Assembly (NCBI GenBank): GCA_012295275.1
Contig: CM022675.1
Location: 6,138,001 to 6,202,000 of the forward strand
Reading direction: 5' to 3'
Length of the DNA stretch: 64,000 nt
From: Chrysomallon squamiferum
Lineage: Eukaryota; Animalia; Mollusca
Below are positions 14,561 through 26,400 of the stretch, in pieces. The notes under the pieces were generated by a model, which saw only the letters and a list, made by a program, of their open reading frames with translations, was not told the DNA's origin and did not search any database. The position numbers and the translations under genes were made by a program. Within the stretch, counting starts at the first letter, position 1. Every line of letters begins with the position of its first letter.

Positions 14561-14944
14561 GATAATAATAATAATAACAATAACAATAATAATAATAATA
14601 GTAATAATAATAGTAATAGTAGATTGTACGAATCAAAAACGATACACATAATAATAATAATAATAATACATTTTTATGAAAATTCTCTGAAATGAGTCAA
14701 ATTTTTACAGATGGTGAAAACTAGTCTACAAAAAATCTATTAGTATTTCAACGAAATTATGTTCAGTCATGTTTTTGTCTTTCTTTTTTTTTAATTTTAT
14801 TTATTTATTTTATTTTATTTGTTTTTGTACACCGCAGCTCAAAGTTTTAAACAGTACAATAATACTAAAACCAAAATAATATATTACACACTCACACATA
14901 CACAGATACACACATACACACACACACACTCACACACATACACA

Positions 14945-15127
14945 GAGGGTTTGATCGATCTACGTCCGTCCTCTAGCGACGTAAACATCAAACGTCAATA
15001 CAGCAGCGCGACTTAAACAATTTTTTGTGAGCTGCGCGGAAGAATACTCCGTTACGCTACGTTTTGGGAAAGATGGCGTCGTTTTGGTCACAGCACACAG
15101 ACTTTGGGTACCACGTGCTTTGTTTAT

Positions 15128-15192
<65 letters not shown>

Positions 15193-15290
15193 TTTGAGTT
15201 GTTTTGTGATCTTTTGCCCTTCAGTATGTCTCCCAAACGTAAGGCAGGATTTTCCGGTGTAGTCCGTCGAAGAAAAGGAAAGGGATAACA
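14945..15290 (+). promoter_or_regulatory. CpG-rich putative promoter with a YY1-like motif
   Basis: Many CpGs in an otherwise CpG-poor region; AAGATGGCG at about 15070-15078; followed by a (CT)n tract and a cccttcag acceptor. Confidence 0.45.
15132..15188. repeat. (CT)n microsatellite
   Basis: Direct reading. Confidence 0.95.
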
Positions 15291-18200
15291 TTTGAAGTGA
15301 AACTGGATATTATTAAAATGGAGAGAAAGGGAAAATCCAGTTTTATTTGTCATAAGGGTATTGTTCTCATTTTTTTTATTTTTTTTTATTACCGTTTTAA
15401 TTTTGTCATTTGAGTCAGAATATGTACAAACAGGTGATTCTGTTGACGAAACAAAGTAAGAAAGCTTTTCATCCTAATTGACAACGCGTCTCAAAAACGG
15501 TTATTGCTACACTTGGCGGAAGTCGTAATTCCCCGAGAACAAAATATATCTAACTCAAGAAATGTGGCTTCATTTACGTAAAAATACATTTCTTGAGAAT
15601 GCGAACGTGATTCTGTTAGGTAATTTGATAACTGACATAATATCTATCAGATTTTTTTACGTCTAAGTAGACATGTAGTAAAACTGATTTCCTTAGTCCT
15701 GGTCAATTAAGACTGTATTAAAGCTGGGGTTGTTGTTGTTTTTTTGTTGTTTTTTCATTTATTTACATTTTTTTTTTTTTTTAATTTCTTTTTTTTACTT
15801 CGCGTTAATAGAATAGTTTTCAGAGAAAATCTTCTATTGAAATCAAGGAGCCAAAGAAACGATAACAACAAAGCAAAATCTGTTGGGACTTTATTGCTAT
15901 TAATATCTTTGTTGTTGTTGTTGTTATTGTTATTATTATTATTATTATTATCGTTCAAAATGCGTGCCGCTACTTATAAAACCATTTTAGTTTATAAAAT
16001 AACGGAACTTCCCTTAATTATATAATACAGCTTCTACAAAAATTCTTATATAATCTAATGATGAAATAAAAATTCTAACACTGCAGTTTGTGTGAAGTCG
16101 AAACGATAGGCAGATCAGTCAGTTTACTTTGTTTACAAAATCAGAAATGTGACATCAATGCACTTTTCTTGCAGAGGTTATCTCTGTTATATTTGTTAAT
16201 TACGTGAAGATAGACTGAGCAATGACATTTTTAGTGTAGTCAAAAAGCTGAATTTCTCAGAATCATTAATTGAGAAAAATGACTTTGGAAGTCTGGCCTT
16301 GAGTTCATAGCAACCATGCATTTTTAGGCACCTTGACGTCAAAAACTTTGAGAAAGGAAGTCTGGGTAGTTTCAGCAAGAATGAATTAGAACTTATCTGT
16401 GTTCCCTCCAGAGTAGTTACACTTTTCTGAGTTTAAAGAGTGGCTAAACTGACATTTTTGCCCCCATTTAATTGTATTTTGATTATTATTATTATTTTTT
16501 ATCATCATTATTATTTGTTTACATTGTAGTTTGACGTGACATGTTTGATATTCTGCATTTTAAACGTATTTAGTCATAATACTCATTATTACATTACAAG
16601 GTGTTAAAATAACACAGAGTGTCATTTAAAACTTCAAATTGATATAGGTATAAAAATCTTTAGCCAACACATCATAACTTTCTTTTAGATTATGTTGTTC
16701 TGTTGGTTTGTTGAGTTTGTGATCCTAAAATTCTGGAAACAAAATAATAGTTTTCGTCCCAGAGCAGATGAGACAGTAGTCAGCAAAACCTGAAGTAGGC
16801 AGACTCGAATGTTATCTGACCAATCAGCATGCTCCTGTCAGCCTGGGCGTAGCAACTAAACTGCATTGTTTACATGTAAATCATTGAAGTATCTTACTTT
16901 TAATTGTCCAAAACTGCTATGTAGCAGACTTTAATAGAAATAACATAAATAAGGAAAGCTACGATTGGTGCAATGAAAACTGGCAGTGAAATTTAAATAG
17001 GAAAGATTCATAAAGGTGTGATTTAAAAAGTGTTCTACTGTAGATTAGTTTGTACTTCTTTGGGTGAAAGATGAATCCATTATTGAGGGCTTTATGCACA
17101 AATCCTAAGTATGATGATAAACAATAAATCAGTTCAAAATATCACTGTCCGAAAAAGTAATTAATGTTTCTTTGGTTTCTTAAAGAAATTGTCTTTCACT
17201 GCATTGTCTGTAATACCACACAAATTTGTAAAACTTTCATGAGAATGTTCACATTCAACATGTTTAAATATTGACCGCTATTTAAATAGCACAAATAGAA
17301 TGACACAATACACTTATTTGCAAGCAAACGAAACATCATTTAACTACAAAAGTTTTTTGATGTCTGTCTGCAATTGCATATTATGTAAAGATACCATAAA
17401 AACAGAGAAGCTGGAGCAGGCATATTTCATTCTTCTTAATCATAGGTCCATTGTTCTGTATTTATCAAAGGAAAGGAAAGAATAGCTTAAGGATTCCAGC
17501 AGATGGAGTTTTCAAAGGCTAATTGCTATTAAATCAGTAGTCAGGGACTCTATATGAAACAGTAGAAAAACAAAGTATCAAAAAATAAGTTCCCAGTGTC
17601 TTAGAAACATCAGTTATTTGTATTTTAATACATAATGCAATGTGTGGAGGACATTTTTTGATATGTTTATTTGCCAGGTATGTGTTGATCAAAGATTATC
17701 ATTATTATTATTTGGAAGAAAGAATGTATTTGTGATTTTTCTTCACAGGTGAGGGTTTGATGTTTTTCAAATGCTCAGTCATGTTAGTTCTTTTCAATTT
17801 ATTTTTTTTTTCTTGCTTAAATCAATTTTCAACAATATTTGTATATCTCTTCAGACTCTTTACAGAATGTAGCTTCAGTTTTCCTATAAACATAGTAACA
17901 AAGAAAAGTGTTCTTCAAAAAAAAAAAAAAAAAAAAAAAAAAATTAAAAAAAAAAAAAATTGGATTGAAATTCCCTTAACATTTGAAATTTCAAAGTTGA
18001 CAGTAACTATTGTCATCTTAAACTGGTTTTCTTATATAATAATCTGGAGTTCAAGGGTAAAACACATACAAACACACACACACACATATATATATTTATT
18101 TATTATGAAATTTTAGATAACCCCAGTGGAATACAAAATATATATACACACAGGCACACATGCATATATACTTATGCGCATGTGTGCGTGTGTGTGTTTG

Positions 18201-18335
18201 TGTGTTTATTTAACAGAATCCAATGTCACAATATAAAAACTAGAACATACATTAAAATTTGTAACGTAATATTTCTTATTGTTACTGTCTTATTTGTTTT
18301 TCTTTCTTTATATATATATATGTGTATATATATAT

Positions 18336-18436
<101 letters not shown>

Positions 18437-18483
18437 TAATATTAGCAATCTATCAGTATTAAAACTGATTCTTTACAGTTCAG

Positions 18484-18588
18484 CCAATATGGATGATGAA
18501 AAAGAGGATTCAGACGACATCACAGCTACAGCCACTTCAGACTCGGCCACTGCACAGCCACAACTGTCAAGTATTGCATCTTGTGAAG
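18484..18588 (+). CDS. Duplicated acidic N-terminal exon (MDDEKEDSDDITATATSDSATAQPQLSSIASCE), a possible extra or alternative first coding exon of gene 1
   Basis: ttcag| acceptor and G|gtaatt donor; 105 bp, phase 1-1; ATG at 18489; paralogous to exons 20794-20949 and 35677-35823; can splice in frame to 20794. Confidence 0.5.
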
Positions 18589-19285
18589 GTAATTAATCAC
18601 ACAATATTTCTCTACAATGTAGTTTACTACTTTGATGGGTAGACATAAACAGAAACAATTATTATTTATCTCTGCAACAGTGCAATTTCTCAGCTTATTG
18701 TTAAATGTCAGACAATTCTACTCTGACAGTGGACTGAAGTATTATTTATTTCTGTTGATTTTACTTTCATGTTAAAGTGTATGCTGATAATTTTAAAGTT
18801 ATAGCACTATTGGAGGAAATAAAGAATTAGTTTGATCTGTACACACACAGTTTTCTGATTTATATGTACACACAAACACACATTTCTCATTAACATTATT
18901 AAACCAATTACGTTTTTGGTCACATTTGTAATGGTCTGTGTACTTCAGTGTTTTTAAAAGATCACTCTAAATATTGAAACACTGTAAGAAGTACCATTAT
19001 CGTCTCCAGTGAATACTGAAATACTACACAAAGTATCATTATTATCTCAATTAAATATTGAAATACTACACAAAGTATACATAAAAAAACCAACAACAAC
19101 GTCAGTCATTTTAATAATAATAGCAGTAATTATAGCAAAGTCAATAAAAAAGATTGCTTTTTTATGACGAACTTTTAATTTGTTGTTGTTATTATGTTGC
19201 TTTTAAACCTATCAATAGAACAACATGTAATAGTATCAATCTAAAAGGCTAACATTTGTATTAAAACTGATACTTTATTGTTCGG

Positions 19286-19432
19286 CAAATATGGATGCTT
19301 CAAAAGAAGATTCAGTCAATTCTAAAACTAGAGTTGTTCCTTTGTCTGATAACAACACAGCTGCATTTACTTCTAACTCAGATACTGTACACGATTTACA
19401 GCCACAAGTGTCAAGTATCACATCTTATGAAG
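19286..19432 (+). pseudogene. Dead copy of the acidic N-terminal exon
   Basis: Reads MDASKEDSVNS...QPQVSSITSYE from the ATG at 19291, but the acceptor reads ttcgg rather than ttcag and the GT donor is lost. Confidence 0.6.
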
Positions 19433-20419
19433 GATTTTAATAACTACAAACATTCTTTAATATATGTTTGCAGGCGCATATTATGTAAAGATACCTTAAA
19501 AACAGAGAAGTTGGACGCAGGCATATTTCATTCTGCCTAATCAATGGTCCATTGTTTTGTATTTACCAAAGGAAAGAATAGCTTAAGCGTCCCAGAAGCA
19601 GGCGGTTTCAAAGGCTAATTTCTATTACATGAGTAGTCAGGGACCGTGTAGGAACCAGTAGAAAATAATGTATAGAAAATAAGTTCTTAGTGACTTTGAA
19701 ACATCAGGTATTTGAATTTTGATACATAATGCAATATGTTGAAATGTCTTGATATTTTAAGCTGCCATGGGGAGCAGCGAAACATTAAAAGCACACCCTG
19801 GGTGTGCATGTGACGAAAGATTATCATTATTATTATCTGGAAGAAAGAACTGTACTGTAAAACACATAAAAATACGACAAAAAACACACACACACAAAAA
19901 CACACACATACATATACACATATTTATCTTTCCTGAATTCTAGATAACCCCAGCGGGGGTAATATATATAAATTGTTACTTCAAATCACAGATCCACTCC
20001 TTTTACTTTTAAGCGATGGAATTGAAATTGCATAACTTTAATAGCAACTACAATCACATCCGTTCCTTTTGTTCTTTCTGTGGCACTGTTATAAAAAAAG
20101 CTGTCATTTGGTAAATAAAGTAAGCGAAGTAAGCGATAGCGAAGAAAACGGTCAACACGAGAATTCAGTCAGGGGGGGAAACCAAATCTTTTTCAATGAA
20201 TTTGCCTTTACGGATGAGTATGGTAAGCAACTGTCTATTCTTATTTTCACAGGGTGTAATGTGTAATTAACCTGTGTCAATAACATTTATTATACCTAAA
20301 ATATTAAGGTTTTAATCTGTCGTCCGTGCAGATTATTATTTTGTCTTAGGTCCCCTTATGACCTTTCTCGTATCATTAATCAAAATTAGTTAAACGTATG
20401 TTTTATGACTGTATAATGC

Positions 20420-23400
20420 ATTATTATCAAGTCACCTGTATTTCATAATTAACTGGTGTTGTGTTTATTTCTCTGATGGATAAATAGACTTATTGATTTA
20501 TATAGATTGCTGTCAATTTAGAGTTTATATTCCTTGTTAGGTGGCCATTAAAGCACCTTGTTTCCCTAGACTGAGCCATAAAAAACCTATATAAGGTGTT
20601 TAAGGGTGTGAACCCCGTGATATACACACATACACCTATGCGCATGCGTGTGTGTGTGTGTGTGTGTGTGTTTATTTAACAGAATCCAATGTCACAATAT
20701 AACAACTTAAACGTGTATTAAAAAAATACATATATAGAAATGAATGTAATATTAACAATCTGTCAGTATATAAACTGATATTTTACACTTCAGCCAATAT
20801 GGATGATGAAAAAGCGGATTCAGACAACACCACAGCTGCATCTACTTCTGACTCAGATGATGAAAAAGAGGAGGACAACACCACAGCAGCAACTACTTCA
20901 GGCATGGATACTGCACAGCCACAAGTGTCAACAATCACATCTTGTAACGGTAATTAATAGCACAGTAGTTTTCTACAATGTAGTTTACTAATTTGATGGG
21001 CAGGTAAAACCAAACAAAATTAATTTTTATAAATGTAACAGTGCAGTTTTTCAGTATATTCTTTAATCTCAAGCAGTTCTACTCTGACAGAGGACAAAGT
21101 TATTGTTTATTTCTGTTGTTTTTACTTTCACTTTAAAGTGTGTGCTGATAATTTTATGGTTATAACGCTATTGAACATACACACTTTTCTGATTTATATT
21201 GAAAAAAAACTAACAATTCAAAACCTTTTCTGTCCTGTTTGTTTCACCCATGAAAACGTTAAAGCAAAACACACACCAATTACTATTTGATTACAATCAT
21301 GACTGTTGTAAATATTCTTGAATTTACTTTTGTTTAATACTATAAAGTAATAGTTATTTCTTAGCACCTACAAAAATAATCAGTTAACAAAGAATATTAA
21401 ACAGATTTCTTTTATATAGTTGTATTTAACAATAACACATTTTATTAATACTGTTTGCTGGATTGTTCTATATATAGATATAAAAAAAACATTTTTAGAA
21501 ATTGTTTCTAAGCAGTGCATTTAAGTCAGTTCATTTACCATTTTACAGATCATACAAGAATACAGACAGTGACAGAACAAAATGTAAATATCGGCTTAGT
21601 TCACAATTACCAGGCCCTATCTCATAACAAAAATGTTGTGATAGGAAGACAAACTGTGAACACTAGTAAGTTAAAAACTGAAAGTTTTGGGTTTTGTGTT
21701 TGCAAGATTGATAGATAATCATTAGTACTTTTCTACCAGACTCTGTGATAAAAACAACACATACACACACATATTTCTAAAGTGTGCATGTTTCAGTGAT
21801 TTTAAAAGATCATCAATAAATATTGAAATACTACGCAACGTATATATAAAACAACAATAACAACAATGACAAAATCAATTAGAACAATAAATAAATTAAT
21901 AATATTTTCAAGAAACAGCAACAATAGCAGTACTGATTATAGTAAGATCAATCAGAAAGATATAAAAATAATGTTACACATTTGCTCTTTTAAGACGCAG
22001 CAGTAGTGTAATTGTACAAGTTGCTGTAAAGAATTCTTGTTTACTTGTAAACAATAGAAAATTATTGTTTTTATTTTCATATTATTTCAGTAAAGAGTGA
22101 TGGAAGAGCATCAAATATGAAAGGTGATTTTTTTCCTTACATTGTTTTGAAAAATGTCCTTTAATAACAAGATAATCATCTAGTTGTTTCTAATCTTAAC
22201 ATTCATGAATAAATATAAATTAATTCTTACTAAGAAATAATAAAGTTAATGTTGATATAGTACAAATAATTATAAAAAGAGTTTATAACAGATTTTAATA
22301 TTTTTTAACATGTTGTGATGCAGTGTTTACCACATCAAGGATAAACTCAGTTGATTGGACTCTCTATGTTGAAACAAGAGCAGAAGAAATAGGTGTTGAA
22401 CTTTTGAAGAAGAATGGTGTTGTGATTGTAATAGGCTGTCCAGGTTCAGGAAAGACAACTCTAGCTTTGAGCATGATGAGGCAGATACAAACAGAAGAGA
22501 AAAGAGAATCTTACTTGCTGACTCACCACACTGAATTCAATGATATCCCTGTATCTAAAGATAAAAAATGTATTATTCTCATCGATGATATATTTGGTAA
22601 AACTAACCTTATTTCAGATTTTAGGCTGTCATGGCAACCAAAATTTCCAACGGTCTGGAGTCTTGTTCAGGATGGTTCTGTGAAATGTATTATTACCTTA
22701 CGAAATCAAATATTTGCAGAAAGTAAAAGCAGTTTGAAGGAATTTGATCTGTTTAATGAGAATCATCTTCTTGATCTTCAGAGTTCTGAATTTTGTCTCA
22801 GTTGGGTTGAAATGAATACAATTTTAAACAAATATCTCAAACAAAAAGATGTTACGATGGAGGAACATGACAAAAGGGAGGTCATTTCCAAGTCATGTAC
22901 AGACTTAGGATTTCCTCAGGTGTGTGTGTATTATGTTAGTTCAAGTGAAGCACAAAAAAGAGGAGCTGAGTTTTTCAAAAAGCCTGTAGAATATCTGAGA
23001 GAACAATTGGAAAATATGAAAAGTGATGAATCCTTACAGATCAATTATCTGGTTCTACTGCTGATCATGTTTCGGCAAGGCAGTCTCAGTATTGATTTGT
23101 TGAACCCCTTTGAAAATGATGGTGAAAGTGAAATAATGAAATTAGTAAAACGGCTAGAGCGTGTCTGTCCAAGTCTAAAAAACACAGATCTTGCAGATAT
23201 TGAGAAAACAGCTGATGTAATGTGTGGTACCTATTTGACGCGTTATAACAATAGATACACATTTATTCATCAGTCAGTATTTGACTGTTTGTTTCTGATC
23301 TTTTCATCAAAGTTTCCAACGAAAGCAGCAGAGTTGCTAGAAGTGTGTCCTGTATCCATGTTGTTAGAATATGTTGTGACGCCTGGAGTGTCTAACAAAA

Positions 23401-26400
23401 GTCACATTACAATGACTGTGCAACCTGACTGCTTTGATGTTCTTGCTCGCAGATGTACTGATTTGCTGGCATCAAGCAGTGCCAGAGAAGTTATTTCACA
23501 TCCGTCACTGAAAGATGAAGAGTTTCTAAAATATCTCATTCAGAAAAAACACTTCCATGGTAAATTGTCCGAAATACTGAATCAGAATCTGCAACAAAAA
23601 ATGTATTATTTCGCAGAGAAGGTAGACAAAATTTTCCTTGATATATTTGAGAACATTGTGCTTTCCCATGACAGTCATTCAAAGTGTTGGACAGTATCCA
23701 ACCCGTGTTTGACAGTTGAAGAAATAAAAATAGATTCATCATCTGTTGCAAGTGAGTGTGTTGTGAATGGTCTGAAAACACTGTCGAGGTGTTTCACAAC
23801 ACATCTGTGTAAAATGACATGTAAAATGACAGAAAAGAAAAAAGAACTTTTGAATATTTCTTGTTTGTTTGGTGATGAAGATGTTGTGAAAATGTTGTTA
23901 CAATCAGGTGTTATTCCATCATTAGATACAATCATAGCAGCTGCACGTTCAAAAACCGACAATGTTACCATACTTAAAGAACTGTTACACTGTACAAAGA
24001 TGAATTTGAAAAAGAATTCCCAGTTGTTAGAACTTTCAATTTGTTCATGTAACATAAACATTGCCTCTTTGTTGGCTGACATTATGAACAATAAGAAAGG
24101 GAACATTAAATTCAAGGAAAAAATCGTAAAACTGTTATTGGCTAGGTTCCATTCACAAGTAAGATCACTCATTATTAAATCTGTTGATACAAGCTCTCTT
24201 TTTAAGAAACTGATTACCATTGAAATAATAAACAAAATTGAAAACATTGCCATCATTGCGGCTGGTCAGATGAATTCAGGAGTTATAAAAGAAATAGTAA
24301 AACTGAAACCTGATTGTTTAAATGATGAGAACAGAGATAAAGTTCTCTTAGCAGCAGCAGCATGGGGTTCTGCTGACACAGTGGATTTCCTCATTGACCA
24401 GAGACGTAATCATACACATGAAAACAACTGGAAGAAAAGTCAAGTACTGAAAATAGCAGTGATGTTTAACAATGCACATGTTGTTCAGTGTCTACTTGAT
24501 AAAGGAGCTGATCCTAATGCTAGTGTAGCTGTTAATAAGACATTGATTAAGTGGTTTGAAGCTCAGTTTTCTGGCTCAGATTTAAGGAAATCACTGGTGA
24601 ATGAAATTGCTGATGTTAATAGAACGAACCCTGTGATAAGATCAGCAGTTTGTATGTATAAAATGAGTACACATTTGTCTTTGCTAGATAAAGGAGTTGA
24701 TATTACAATAACAGATAAGAATAAGAATTCAGCTTTACACCTAGCAGCTGCATTTGGATATCTGGATGTTGTGACAATACTGATTGAAAAAGGTGCTAAG
24801 GTGAACAGTATTAACAGCGAAAGTGAAACTCCTCTTTTTGCAGCCCTCACTTCTTATGAACGACAAATATCTCGGAATCGGTATAAAAAGCATCAATCTG
24901 CAAGTGATAAACAATGGAAAGTTGTTTTTTATTTGCTGGAACATGGAGCTGATCCTAATATAACAGACGGTGATAACATGTCTCCTTTGCACATAGCCGC
25001 TAAACTAGGAAATATAGAAATTGTGACAGAACTGGCAAAAAACGTTTTTGATATAAATATTGAAAACAGTGAAGGTAAAACTCCTCTTTTTACAGCTGTG
25101 GAGTACAAACACAACCATGTTGTTTTCTGTCTACTGAAACATGGAGCTGATCCTAACATAACAGACAGCTATAACAATTCTGTTTTACACACAGCAGCTA
25201 AGCTAGGAAATATAGAAATTGTGACAGAACTGGCAGAAATCGTTTCTGATCTGAATATTAAAAACAGTGAAGGCAAAACTCCTCTTTTTACAGCTGTGGA
25301 GTACAAACACAACCATGTTGTTTTCTATCTACTGGAACATGGAGCTGATCCTAATATAACAGACAGTGATAAGAAGTCTGCTTTACACATAGCAGCTAAG
25401 TATGGAGAATTAGAGATAGTGACAGCACTGATTGAAAAAGGTGCTGATGTTAATATTAAAAGCAATACAGGTAAAACTCCTCTTCTTGAACTTACGGGTA
25501 TATGCTTTAATCATAATCTCTGGATTATAATTTTGTGTTTGCTGGAACATGGAGCTGATCCTAATTTAACAGACAGTGATAACAATTCTGTTTTACACTT
25601 AGCAGCTAAACATGGAAAATCTGAAGTTGTGACAGCGCTGATCAAAAAAGGTGCTAATGTAAACATTAGAAACAAAGTAGGTGAAACTCCTCTTCTTAAA
25701 GCTGTACATCATCAATACCTCTGTCATGATTCTCGTAATGAACATTGTGCAGTAGTTTTGTATTTGCTGGAACATGGAGCTGATCCTTTTTTGACAGACT
25801 GTGATAACAATTCTGTTTTACACTTAGCACCTCAACTAAGCAAAATTGAAATTTTTAAAGCACTCATAGAAAAAGGTGTTGATGTCAATATTAAAAACAG
25901 CAGAGGTGAAACTCCTCTTTATACAGCTATAAACAGATATCAATATGGTACATTCTTTGATGATAAACATTGTGAAATAATTTTGTATTTACTTGCACAG
26001 GGAGCTGAACCTAATTTAACAGACTCTGATAACAATTCTGTTTTACACTTAGCAGCTAAACATGGAAAAATAGAAATAGTGAGAGCACTGATAAAAAAAG
26101 GTGTTGATGTAAACATTAAAAACAGTGAAGGTAAAACTCCTCTTTTTACAGCTGTGGAGTACAAACACAACCATGTTGTTTTCTATCTGCTGAAACATGA
26201 AGCTGATCCTAATATAACAGACAGTGCTAAGAAGTCTGCTTTACACATAGCAGCTGAACAGGGAGAAATAGAAATTGTGAAAGCGCTGATAGAAAATTAT
26301 GTTGATGTAAACATTAGAAACAACAAAGGTAAAACTCCTCTTCTTACAGCTATAGAACAATACGTTTTTCGTAATGAACATTGTGCAGTAGTTTTGTATT

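Noticed and set aside
15226-15288. MSPKRKAGFSGVVRRRKGKG as the start of a transposase or NLS protein
   Set aside because: It stops after 20 codons with no downstream transposase remnant or terminal repeats.
20170-20183. NF-kB site (gggggaaacc) upstream of gene 1
   Set aside because: Imperfect match to GGGRNNYYCC and not seen at the equivalent position for gene 2.
22323-22325. GTG start codons for the two long ORFs (22323 and 37176)
   Set aside because: Both coincide with tgcag|TG splice acceptors, and in-frame upstream exons exist.
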